Positions 22,551 to 30,108 of a stretch of 30,108 bases of DNA are shown piece after piece. Every line of letters starts with the position of its first letter. Within the stretch, counting starts at the first letter, position 1. The position numbers and the translations under genes are program-made. The notes below the pieces were generated by a model. It saw only the letters and a list, made by a program, of their open reading frames with translations. It did not search any database and was not told the origin of the DNA. Origin of the DNA: Candidatus Methylomirabilota bacterium (lineage in GTDB: Bacteria; Methylomirabilota; Methylomirabilia; Rokubacteriales; CSP1-6); assembly GCA_046733575.1 (NCBI GenBank), contig JBKPPN010000218.1:1-30108 (forward strand). Reading direction: 5' to 3'.

Positions 22551-23540
22551 ATGATCGAAGTCGAAGGCCTCACCAAGCAGTACGGGCCCATCACCGCGAT
22601 CCGCGACGTCTCCTTCTCCGTCGCGCCGGGCGAGATCGTGGGGTTCCTCGGTCCCAACGGCGCCGGGAAGTCCACGACCATGCGGATCCTCTCCTGCTTC
22701 ATGCCCGCGAGCGCGGGGACGGCCAAGGTCGCGGGGTACGACGTGTTCCGCGAGTCGATGGAAGTCCGCCGTCGCATCGGCTACCTGCCCGAGAACGTTC
22801 CCCTCTACACCGAGATGCGCGTGGCCGCGTATCTCGACTTCGTGGCCGAGATCAAGGGCGTCTCCCGGGCCACGCGTCGGCGGCGCGTCGCGGACGCCAT
22901 GGACCGGTGCCTGATCGCCGACGTGCAGAACCGCCTCATCGGCAAGCTGTCGAAGGGCTATCGCCAGCGCGTGGGGCTGGCGCAGGCGATCATCAGCGAT
23001 CCGGCCGTGCTGATCCTCGACGAGCCCACCATCGGACTGGATCCCCGTCAGATCGCCGAGATCCGGGCGCTCATCAAGTCGCTCGCCGGCGAGCACACCG
23101 TCATCCTGTCCACGCACATCCTCCCCGAGGTGTCGATGGTGTGCAGCAGCGTGATCATCATCAACAAGGGCGCCATCGTGGCCCAGGGCCCCATCGACAC
23201 GCTGGTGGAGCAGTTCTTCCCGACCGCGCGCGTCCACGTGCAGCTCGACGGCCCCGCGGCCACGGTGCGGTCGGCGCTGCAGAAGATCTCCGGCGTGGTC
23301 ACCGTGCACGACGCCGCGCCCACGGGTGAGCCCGCTCCCGGCTTCGTGGTGGAGTCCGCCCGCGGACGCGACGTGCGCGGTGAGGTCTTCCGTCTCGCCG
23401 CCGAGCAGCGCTGGCCGCTCCTGGAACTCCGCCGCGTCGGCATGACGCTGGAAGAGGTGTTCATGCGCATCGTGGCGGGCGAGGAGACGGACGGCGCGGG
23501 CGTCGCGGGCGACATCGCGCCGCGTGAGGTGACGGCGTGA
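22551..23540 (+). CDS. ABC transporter ATP-binding protein (GldA-like)
   Basis: GPNGAGKST, signature LSKGYRQR, ILDEP and LSTH; has a C-terminal accessory domain. Confidence 0.93.
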   Translation: MIEVEGLTKQYGPITAIRDVSFSVAPGEIVGFLGPNGAGKSTTMRILSCFMPASAGTAKVAGYDVFRESMEVRRRIGYLPENVPLYTEMRVAAYLDFVAEIKGVSRATRRRRVADAMDRCLIADVQNRLIGKLSKGYRQRVGLAQAIISDPAVLILDEPTIGLDPRQIAEIRALIKSLAGEHTVILSTHILPEVSMVCSSVIIINKGAIVAQGPIDTLVEQFFPTARVHVQLDGPAATVRSALQKISGVVTVHDAAPTGEPAPGFVVESARGRDVRGEVFRLAAEQRWPLLELRRVGMTLEEVFMRIVAGEETDGAGVAGDIAPREVTA

Positions 23541-24307
23541 AGGTCTGGCCGATCTTCAAGAAGGAGATCCGCCTTTACTTCACGTCGCCCGTGGCGTACG
23601 TCGTGCTCGCCGTCTTCCTGGTGATCGCGGGGTACTTCTTCTACTCGATCTTCAACTTCTTCGCCATGGCCTCGATGCAGGCGGCCATGAACCCGCAGAT
23701 GGCGCGCGACCTCACCGTCACCGAGAGCGTGCTGCGGCCGCTCTTCTCCAACATCAGCGTGATCCTGCTCCTGCTCATCCCGCTCCTCACCATGCGGCTC
23801 TTCGCGGAGGAGCGCCGGTCGGGGACCATCGAGTTGCTCCTGACCTATCCCGTGCGCGACGGCGCCGTCCTCATCGGCAAGTACCTGGCCGCCCTCGTCC
23901 TCTACGCCATCATGCTGGGCTTCACGCTGCTGTATCCCGCACTGCTCGCCTACTTCGGGGCGCGGCCGGAGTGGGGACCGCTGCTCACCGGGTATGTCGG
24001 TCTGCTGCTCATGGGCGCGACGTTCCTGTCCGTGGGGCTGTTCGCGTCCTCGCTCACCGAGAACCAGATCGTGGCGTCGCTCATCACGTTCGGCGTCCTG
24101 CTCATCTTCTGGGTCCTGGGATGGAGCGCCGAGGCGGTGGGAGGGTCGTGGGGGAAGGTGCTCTCTGATCTGTCCCTGCTCGAGCACTACGACACGTTCG
24201 CCAAGGGCATTCTGGACACCAAGGACGTCATCTACTACGTCAACTTCACCGTCCTTGCGCTGTTCTTGACGCTGCGCTCGCTGGAGGCGCGGCGATGGAA
24301 GGGTTGA
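23537..24307 (+). CDS. ABC-2 permease (GldF-like)
   Basis: KKEIRLYFTSP.AY, TMRLFAEERRSGTIELLLTYPV, GKYLA and SSLTENQIVA; 6 TM-like segments. Confidence 0.9.
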   Translation: MKVWPIFKKEIRLYFTSPVAYVVLAVFLVIAGYFFYSIFNFFAMASMQAAMNPQMARDLTVTESVLRPLFSNISVILLLLIPLLTMRLFAEERRSGTIELLLTYPVRDGAVLIGKYLAALVLYAIMLGFTLLYPALLAYFGARPEWGPLLTGYVGLLLMGATFLSVGLFASSLTENQIVASLITFGVLLIFWVLGWSAEAVGGSWGKVLSDLSLLEHYDTFAKGILDTKDVIYYVNFTVLALFLTLRSLEARRWKG

Positions 24308-24308
24308 G

Positions 24309-25859
24309 ATGAGGCGGGTGGGCGACTGGATGAGCTACGCGGGGCTGCTGTTTCTGGCCCTGACCGTGCTGGCGACGGTGCGGCCGGCGTGGTGGCCGGA
24401 GCGGCTCGACCGCTTCCGCGTCGCCTTCTTCGTCGTCGGCGTGGTGCTCGTGCTCGCCTCCTTCCTGTTCCGTGTGCGCGACCTGCGTGGCACGCTCGGT
24501 CATCGCAGCACACGCTACGGCCTCAACACCGCGGTGATGGTGCTGCTCGTGCTCGGCGTCATCGGGTTCGTGGAGGCCTTCTCGTACCGGCACAACGCCC
24601 GCGTCGACCTCACCGAGAACCGCCGCAACAGTCTCTCGTCGCAGACGATCCAGCTCCTGGGCAGCCTGAAGGACGACGTCACGGCGACGGGCTTCTTCCG
24701 GCCCGACCAGCCGGGCAAGCGCGTGGCCGAGGACCTCTTCAAGCAGTACGCGCGCTACGCGAACGGAAAGTTCACCTGGAAGACGGTCGATCCCGACCGC
24801 GAGCCGGCCCTCGCGCGCCGCTACGGGATCGAGTCGTACGGCACGGTCGTCCTCGAGACGAAGGCCCGCTCGGAGAAGGTGCTGGATGCCGAGGAGGAGA
24901 AGCTCACCAACGGGCTCGTGAAGCTCACGCGCGAGGGCAAGCGCGTGGTGTACGTGCTGCAGGGCCACGGCGAGCACGATCTCAACAACACCGACCAGCC
25001 CGGCTTCAGCGTGGCGAAGGGCGAAGTCGAGAAGGCGAACTACGACGTCAAGCCGATCGTCCTCGCCCAGCAGGAGAAGATCCCGGACGACGCCGCCGTC
25101 GTGATCGTCCCCGGGCCACGCACGGACCTGCTACCCCCCGAGATCGCGGCCATCGAGGGCTACATCGGCCGGGGCGGCAAACTCCTCGTCATGCTCGACT
25201 CGACGTTCACGGGCAAGGTCCGCGAGGCGGCGCTCCGGAAGACGCTGGCCGACAAGTACGGTATCGACGCGGGCGACAACCTCGTGATCGAGGTCAATCC
25301 GGTGGCCCGGCTCTTCGGCGCCACCGCGGACATGCCGATCGTGCAGCAGTACGAGTCGCACCCCATCACGCGGGACATGCGGGGGATCATGACCATCTTC
25401 CCGCTCAGCCGCACGGTCGACCCCGCCAAGACGCCGCCCGCCGGCGTGAACGTCCTCTCGCTGGTGAAGACCAGCACGCAGAGCTGGGCGGAGACGAACC
25501 GCGCCGCGCTCGAGAAGGGGCAGATCAACCCCGACCCCGAGGACCCCAAGGGGCCGCTCTCCCTCGCCGTCGTGGCGACGAAGGACAAGGCGCGCATCGT
25601 CGTGTACGGCACGTCGGAGGTCGCGTCCAACCAGTTCCTGAACTTCCAGGGCAACCGCGACTTCTTCATGAACACCGTCAGCTGGCTCGCCGAGGAAGAG
25701 GGGCAGATCGCCATCCGACCGAAGGACACCAAGCAGACGCCCGTGTTCCTCAGCGCGCAGCAGGCGCAGGCATCCTTCCTCCTGCCCGTCGTCCTGCTGC
25801 CCGCCATCCCGATCGTCGGCGGCATCATCGCGGTCGTCCGTCGCCGCTCCGCGAACTAA
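24309..25859 (+). CDS. GldG-family ABC auxiliary component
   Basis: N-terminal TMs, RVDLTENRRNSLS.QT, VY.L.GHGE, GN.DFFMN.VSWL and a C-terminal TM ending in RRR. Confidence 0.85.
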   Translation: MRRVGDWMSYAGLLFLALTVLATVRPAWWPERLDRFRVAFFVVGVVLVLASFLFRVRDLRGTLGHRSTRYGLNTAVMVLLVLGVIGFVEAFSYRHNARVDLTENRRNSLSSQTIQLLGSLKDDVTATGFFRPDQPGKRVAEDLFKQYARYANGKFTWKTVDPDREPALARRYGIESYGTVVLETKARSEKVLDAEEEKLTNGLVKLTREGKRVVYVLQGHGEHDLNNTDQPGFSVAKGEVEKANYDVKPIVLAQQEKIPDDAAVVIVPGPRTDLLPPEIAAIEGYIGRGGKLLVMLDSTFTGKVREAALRKTLADKYGIDAGDNLVIEVNPVARLFGATADMPIVQQYESHPITRDMRGIMTIFPLSRTVDPAKTPPAGVNVLSLVKTSTQSWAETNRAALEKGQINPDPEDPKGPLSLAVVATKDKARIVVYGTSEVASNQFLNFQGNRDFFMNTVSWLAEEEGQIAIRPKDTKQTPVFLSAQQAQASFLLPVVLLPAIPIVGGIIAVVRRRSAN

Positions 25860-25866
25860 CCGCTTC

Positions 25867-27630
25867 ATGCGCTGGCAGACGACGGCCGTCCTCGCCATCA
25901 TTCTCATCGCCATCGGCGCCTTCTACTACGTCTACGAGATTCGCCAGGGCCCAGCGCGCGAGCAGCAAGAGGCGCGCAAGGGGCGCGTCTTCACCGCGGA
26001 GCCCGCCGACGTGACCGAGATGCAGCTCAAGCGGCCGTCCGACACCGTGAACCTCAAGCGTGAGGGCACGGGCTGGCAGATGCTGGCGCCCGTGAAGACG
26101 TCTGGCGACCGTGCGACCGTGGACGATACGGTCAGCACCGTGGTGACCGCGAAGATGGACCGAGAGGTGGCCAACGCGCCGGCGTCCCTCGCCGACTTTG
26201 GTCTCGACAAGCCGGCCGCCGAGTTGAATCTCACCCTGAAGGACGGCAAGCACCTGGCCCTGCTGCTCGGGGCGAAGAACCCGACCGGCGTCTGGGTCTA
26301 CGCCAAGGAGAAGGACAAGCCGGCGGTCTTCGTGCTCGGCGAGAGCGTGCTGCGCGACACCACGCGCCCGGTGGCCGACTATCGCGACAAGACCGTCCTC
26401 GCGTTCGACCGGAAGGACGTGACGGGCCTGGATGTCGTGCTGCCGTCCGAGACCATCGCGCTCGCCCAGGACGGGGGGAAGTGGACGCTGACGCGTCCCG
26501 CCACCTACCCCGCGGACGGCGATATCGTGAGCGACGTCCTCGACAAGCTGGCCAGCGCCAAGGTGCGCGAGTTCGTGGCCGAGGCCCCGGCGTCGCTCGA
26601 GCCGTTCGGCCTGACGCGTCCCGTGCGCGTCGACGTGCAGACGGGGAAGGACAAGGACCGCGCCACCAAGTCGCTCCTGCTCGGTCGCGTGGACGAGACC
26701 AAGAAGGGTGTCTACGCCATGCGCCCCGGCGAGCCGAGCGTGCTGTTGCTCGCCGAGGAAGTGTCGACGGCCCTGCCCCGCACGGTGGCCGCCCTCCGGA
26801 ACAAGAACCTCATCGAGGTCGCGGCGGACAAGGTGACGACAGTCGATCTCCAGAGCCCGAAGGGACAGGTCACGCTGGTCCGTGACAACGACCGCTGGAA
26901 GATCACCGCGCCCGAGCCGCTCCCCGCGGATCAGGTGGAAGCGGGCGGCGTCCTCTTCAAGCTGCGCGAGCTGCGCGCGCAGGCGTTTCTCACCGACGAC
27001 GCCTCCGGCATCGCCAAGTACCTGACCAGGCCCGAGGTGAAGGTCACCGTGACGTACAAGGAAGGGGCGCCCGCCGTGGTGCTGCTCGCTCCGTCACCGG
27101 AGCAACGCGGCGGACGGCCGACCGCGTACGCCGCCGTGGAGGGCCGCGGGCCCGTGATCCTGGTCGACGGTCGCTCCCTCACGGACCTCTCGCGATCGGC
27201 GACCGACCTGCGCGACCGCGCGCTCTTCGGCGACCTGCAGCCGCGCGACGCCAAGCGGGTGCGGATCACGAGCGAGGGCAAGACCGTCGTCCTCGAGCGG
27301 AGCGGCGATCGCGACTGGAAGATGCTCGAGCCCTCGAAGGGCAGTGCCAACGGCAGCAAGGTCGAGGATCTGCTCTACACGCTGCGCGGTCTCAAGTGGA
27401 CGGAGATCGTCTCGCCGCAGGGCGTCGACGCCGCCCGCTACGGTGTCGACGCGCCGACCATGACCGTCACGCTGCTGAAGTCCGACGGCGCGGAGCTCGC
27501 CTCCCTGGCCGTCGGCAAGCGAGAGAATGGCCGCGCGTACGTGCGGGCAGGTAAGGGCCCGGCGATCGAGGCGGTGGACGTCAAGCAGCTCGGCGACGCG
27601 CCGAAGATCCCGGACGACTTCAAGGGGTGA
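25867..27630 (+). CDS. DUF4340-domain protein with about four tandem repeats
   Basis: N-terminal TM anchor. Repeated W.M..P / (F,Y)GL..P / LLLG / (D,L)R.K units; typical partner of GldAFG-like loci. Confidence 0.75.
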   Translation: MRWQTTAVLAIILIAIGAFYYVYEIRQGPAREQQEARKGRVFTAEPADVTEMQLKRPSDTVNLKREGTGWQMLAPVKTSGDRATVDDTVSTVVTAKMDREVANAPASLADFGLDKPAAELNLTLKDGKHLALLLGAKNPTGVWVYAKEKDKPAVFVLGESVLRDTTRPVADYRDKTVLAFDRKDVTGLDVVLPSETIALAQDGGKWTLTRPATYPADGDIVSDVLDKLASAKVREFVAEAPASLEPFGLTRPVRVDVQTGKDKDRATKSLLLGRVDETKKGVYAMRPGEPSVLLLAEEVSTALPRTVAALRNKNLIEVAADKVTTVDLQSPKGQVTLVRDNDRWKITAPEPLPADQVEAGGVLFKLRELRAQAFLTDDASGIAKYLTRPEVKVTVTYKEGAPAVVLLAPSPEQRGGRPTAYAAVEGRGPVILVDGRSLTDLSRSATDLRDRALFGDLQPRDAKRVRITSEGKTVVLERSGDRDWKMLEPSKGSANGSKVEDLLYTLRGLKWTEIVSPQGVDAARYGVDAPTMTVTLLKSDGAELASLAVGKRENGRAYVRAGKGPAIEAVDVKQLGDAPKIPDDFKG

Positions 27631-27637
27631 GGCGTCG

Positions 27638-28336
27638 GTGAGCCAGGACACGATCTTCGTCCGCCAGCTCGAGCTCGGCCCGATGCAGAACTTCGTGTAC
27701 CTCGTGGGCGATCCCGAGGCCCGCCAGTGCGTCGTCGTCGACCCTGCCTGGGAGATCGACACGATCGTCGAGACCGCGCAGGACGCCGACATGACCATCA
27801 TCGGCGCGCTGGTGACGCACACCCATCAGGATCACGTCGGGGGCAGCCTGGCCTCGTGGGGCATGCCGGGTCGGATCCCGGGCGTGGAAGAGCTGCTGAC
27901 GCGCGTCCCCGCGAAGGTGTACGTGCACAAGGCGGAGCGCGAGTTCCTTCCCGGTCTCGGATCGGACCTGGTGAAGGTCGACAATCACGACACGCTGGCG
28001 GTGGGCCGGCTCACGCTCACGTTCCTGCACACGCCCGGCCACACGCCGGGCTCGCAGTGCTTCCTCGTCGAGGATCAGCTCATCTCCGGCGACACGCTGT
28101 TCATCGGGTCGTGCGGCCGCACGGACCTGCCGGGCAGCGATCCGAGCGAGATGTACTACTCGCTCACCCAGCGCCTGGCCGCGCTACCCGACAGCACCAC
28201 GCTTCTTCCGGGTCACAACTATGGCGGCAGCTCGTCGACCATCGGGACGGAGAAGCGGCAGAACCGGTTCATGCGCTTCCCGTCGCTCGGTGATTTCCTC
28301 GCCACCATGGGAGGCGGGCGCATCCGCTTGTCCTGA
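27638..28336 (+). CDS. MBL-fold metallo-hydrolase (glyoxalase II-like)
   Basis: GTG start at 27638. Contains NFVYLVGD, THTHQDH (HxHxDH), HTPGHTPGS, GDTLF, GRTDLPG and PGH.Y. Confidence 0.9.
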   Translation: MSQDTIFVRQLELGPMQNFVYLVGDPEARQCVVVDPAWEIDTIVETAQDADMTIIGALVTHTHQDHVGGSLASWGMPGRIPGVEELLTRVPAKVYVHKAEREFLPGLGSDLVKVDNHDTLAVGRLTLTFLHTPGHTPGSQCFLVEDQLISGDTLFIGSCGRTDLPGSDPSEMYYSLTQRLAALPDSTTLLPGHNYGGSSSTIGTEKRQNRFMRFPSLGDFLATMGGGRIRLS

Positions 28337-28386
28337 CCTCACGCGCGACGCCGCGACGCGCCTCGGCGGACGCTCGGTCTCGAACC

Positions 28387-29115
28387 TCAGCGCTCGATCT
28401 TCAGGATCTCGCCCGTCCGCGTGGGTGGACACGTTGCGAAGGCGAGCACCGCGTCCGTCACGTCGTCCACCGTCTCCGCGTGTCCGCGACGCACCTTCAT
28501 CCAGCGGGCGTGCGAGAACCCGGCCGGGCGGAGCACGCGTCCCGGCGCCACGCAGTTCACCGCGATCCTTCGTGAGGCGAGCGCGCGGGCCAGGCCTCGG
28601 GTCAGTGCCACGACGCCCGCCTTCGATGCGGAATACGCGAGGTAGCCGGGCCAGCCGTCATCCGCGCCCGCGTCCGAGATGTTCACGATGTGACCGCCGT
28701 CCGCCATCACGTCCGCGGCGGCCTGCGCGCACAGGAACGGCGCGCGCACGTTGACGGCGAGCACGCGATCGAACTCCGCCGCCGTCACCGTGCCGAGCGG
28801 CGTGCGGGCGAAGACGCCGGCGTTGTTGACGAGCACGTCGAGACCGCCGAGGGCGCGCACGGTGGCGTGGACGAGACGGCGCGGAGCCGCCGGGCGGGCC
28901 AGATCGGCCGGGAGCGCGACGCCGCGGACGCCGAGCCGTTCGATCGCGCGAACGGTCCGCCGCGCTTCTTCCATCGAGCGATGGTAGCTGATGGCCACGT
29001 CCATGCCGGACCGCGCCAGGCCGAGGGCGGTGGCGCGGCCGAGACGGATGGCGCCGCCGGTCACGAGCGCGCGTAGCCGAACCTTGACGGAGCCGGTTGG
29101 CTTTCGTGTCATCAT
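28387..29115 (-). CDS. Classical SDR oxidoreductase, pteridine reductase/FolM-like
   Basis: ALVTGGAIRLG, LVNNAG, YSASK and VNCVAPG. Start is 29115 or 29112. Confidence 0.85.
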   Translation of the reverse strand: MMTRKPTGSVKVRLRALVTGGAIRLGRATALGLARSGMDVAISYHRSMEEARRTVRAIERLGVRGVALPADLARPAAPRRLVHATVRALGGLDVLVNNAGVFARTPLGTVTAAEFDRVLAVNVRAPFLCAQAAADVMADGGHIVNISDAGADDGWPGYLAYSASKAGVVALTRGLARALASRRIAVNCVAPGRVLRPAGFSHARWMKVRRGHAETVDDVTDAVLAFATCPPTRTGEILKIER

Positions 29116-29124
29116 CGGATCACC

Positions 29125-29733
29125 GTGTCAGGCCGTATCAAGAACTGGCTCAAGGTCCGGCTCATCACCGGGTTCTTCGTCACCGTCCCGGCGGTGGCGA
29201 CGGCCTGGCTGCTGTGGGTCTTCTGGAGCCACATCGACGACATCTTCGCGCCCATCTACGACCGAATCTTCGGGCGCCCGATCCCCGGCCCGGGATTCCT
29301 CACCGCGGTCGCGGTCATGCTCCTCATGGGCACGATCGCGCGCAACGTCGCGGGTCGCCGTGTGCTGGCGTGGGGCGACGCCATGCTCCTGCGCATCCCC
29401 ATCTACCGGCGGCTCTATCCGTCCGTGAAGATGCTGATCGACGCGTTCTCGCCGGAGCGACGCAGCTCCTTCAAGGCCGTGGTGCTCGTGCAGCACCCGC
29501 GCGAGGGCGCCTACGCCTTCGCGTTCATGACCAGCGAGACGATGCTGGAACACCCGGAGGGCGGCAAGCGCGAGATGGTCACCGTCTTCGTGCCCACCAA
29601 CAATCTGTACCTGGGCGACGTCCTCGTCGTGCCCGCAGAGGACATCATCGTCACCGGACTCTCGGTGGAGGAAGGGATCCGGATCATCCTCTCAGCCGGG
29701 ACGGCCACGCCCGGCCGGCTTCCCCGCTCCTAG
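29125..29733 (+). CDS. DUF502 membrane protein
   Basis: ITGFFVTVP...T, RIPIYRRLY...K, VTVFVPT.N...G and SVEEGIR.ILSAG. Confidence 0.85.
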   Translation: MSGRIKNWLKVRLITGFFVTVPAVATAWLLWVFWSHIDDIFAPIYDRIFGRPIPGPGFLTAVAVMLLMGTIARNVAGRRVLAWGDAMLLRIPIYRRLYPSVKMLIDAFSPERRSSFKAVVLVQHPREGAYAFAFMTSETMLEHPEGGKREMVTVFVPTNNLYLGDVLVVPAEDIIVTGLSVEEGIRIILSAGTATPGRLPRS

Positions 29734-30108
29734 CTGCCGCGCCCAGGCCTCCACCGCGTCGCCCAGCGGCTCGAGCGCGCCTGCGAAGAAGTGATCCGCC
29801 GCTTCCAGCATCCGGACGTCGGCGCTTGGCAGCGACGCAACCGCCGCCTGCAGGACGTCACGCGGACAATAACTGTCGCGTCCGCCCGCGACGATGAGCA
29901 CCGGGCCCTGACATCCGGCGACACCGTCCAGACGGGCCGCGGCCACTCCGAGCGGTGGCGCGATCAGCGCGACGCCGGCCAGGGACGGGGGGCGGGCGGC
30001 GACGGCGGCGGTGATCATCGACCCGAAGGAATAGCCAGCCGCGGCCACCGCGTCGGAGCCGAGGCGGGCAGCGAGGTATGCGAGCGCGCTCTCGAGGTCG
30101 CCCTGCTC
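29692..30108 (-). CDS. Alpha/beta-fold hydrolase, C-terminal part (5' end lies beyond the window)
   Basis: The frame is open to the window edge: EQGDLESALAYL...AGYSFG (nucleophile elbow), GGRD (Asp) and ADHFF (His). Confidence 0.85.
   Translation of the reverse strand, partial: EQGDLESALAYLAARLGSDAVAAAGYSFGSMITAAVAARPPSLAGVALIAPPLGVAAARLDGVAGCQGPVLIVAGGRDSYCPRDVLQAAVASLPSADVRMLEAADHFFAGALEPLGDAVEAWARQLGAGKPAGRGRPG

Noticed and set aside
22551-25859. Gliding motility genes gldA/gldF/gldG
   Set aside because: Family resemblance only. No T9SS or gldK-N genes are in the window, and such loci are common in non-gliding bacteria, so symbols were withheld.
186-30048. Many long alternative-frame and antisense ORFs (e.g. 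812-2284 -, 7266-9293 -, 11330-12829 -, 15399-16955 -, 19429-20727 +)
   Set aside because: They are Arg/Ala/Gly-rich shadow frames of well-supported genes, expected at this GC content, and show no family motifs.
1-30108. tRNA, rRNA, CRISPR arrays, IS or phage genes
   Set aside because: None recognised by eye. The intergenic spaces are short, with no regular repeat-spacer pattern and no transposase or integrase motifs. A covariance-model scan was not possible.

Overview
High-GC bacterial chromosomal window (roughly 70% GC by eye) from a diderm, since bamD is present. The gene content and style suggest Methylomirabilota/Ca. Rokubacteria, but this is inference only. About 33 densely packed CDSs; I saw no RNA genes, CRISPR array or transposase. 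In order: an ltaE-like fragment, bamD, a LarA-superfamily isomerase, a Pat/ArsN1-type GNAT and an extended SDR. Next comes a 5-oxoprolinase cluster (D-2-hydroxyacid dehydrogenase, DUF1445, pxpB, pxpC, HemL-like aminotransferase, pxpA), then a stand-alone receiver protein and gcvT-H-PA-PB-lipM-NUDIX-pepA-PHP-ArsC family. These are followed by an unannotated 50-aa sigma54-type gene, a double-hotdog thioesterase, an MFS permease, a minimal AAA ATPase, a YbgC-type thioesterase and a small Zn-finger-like protein. The window ends with a GldAFG-like ABC system plus DUF4340, an MBL hydrolase, an SDR, DUF502 and a partial alpha/beta hydrolase. Top candidate for an undescribed system is the 313-aa AAA protein (20795-21736). 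It ends in GQYL, the 20S-proteasome docking tail of actinobacterial ARC/Mpa and Bpa/PafE. It lacks the substrate-recruiting coiled-coil/OB domains and has several degenerate ATPase motifs. It is preceded by a putative leaderless 24-aa upstream ORF. It may be a new class of bacterial proteasome cap or regulator. Many long alternative-frame ORFs in the track are GC artefacts.
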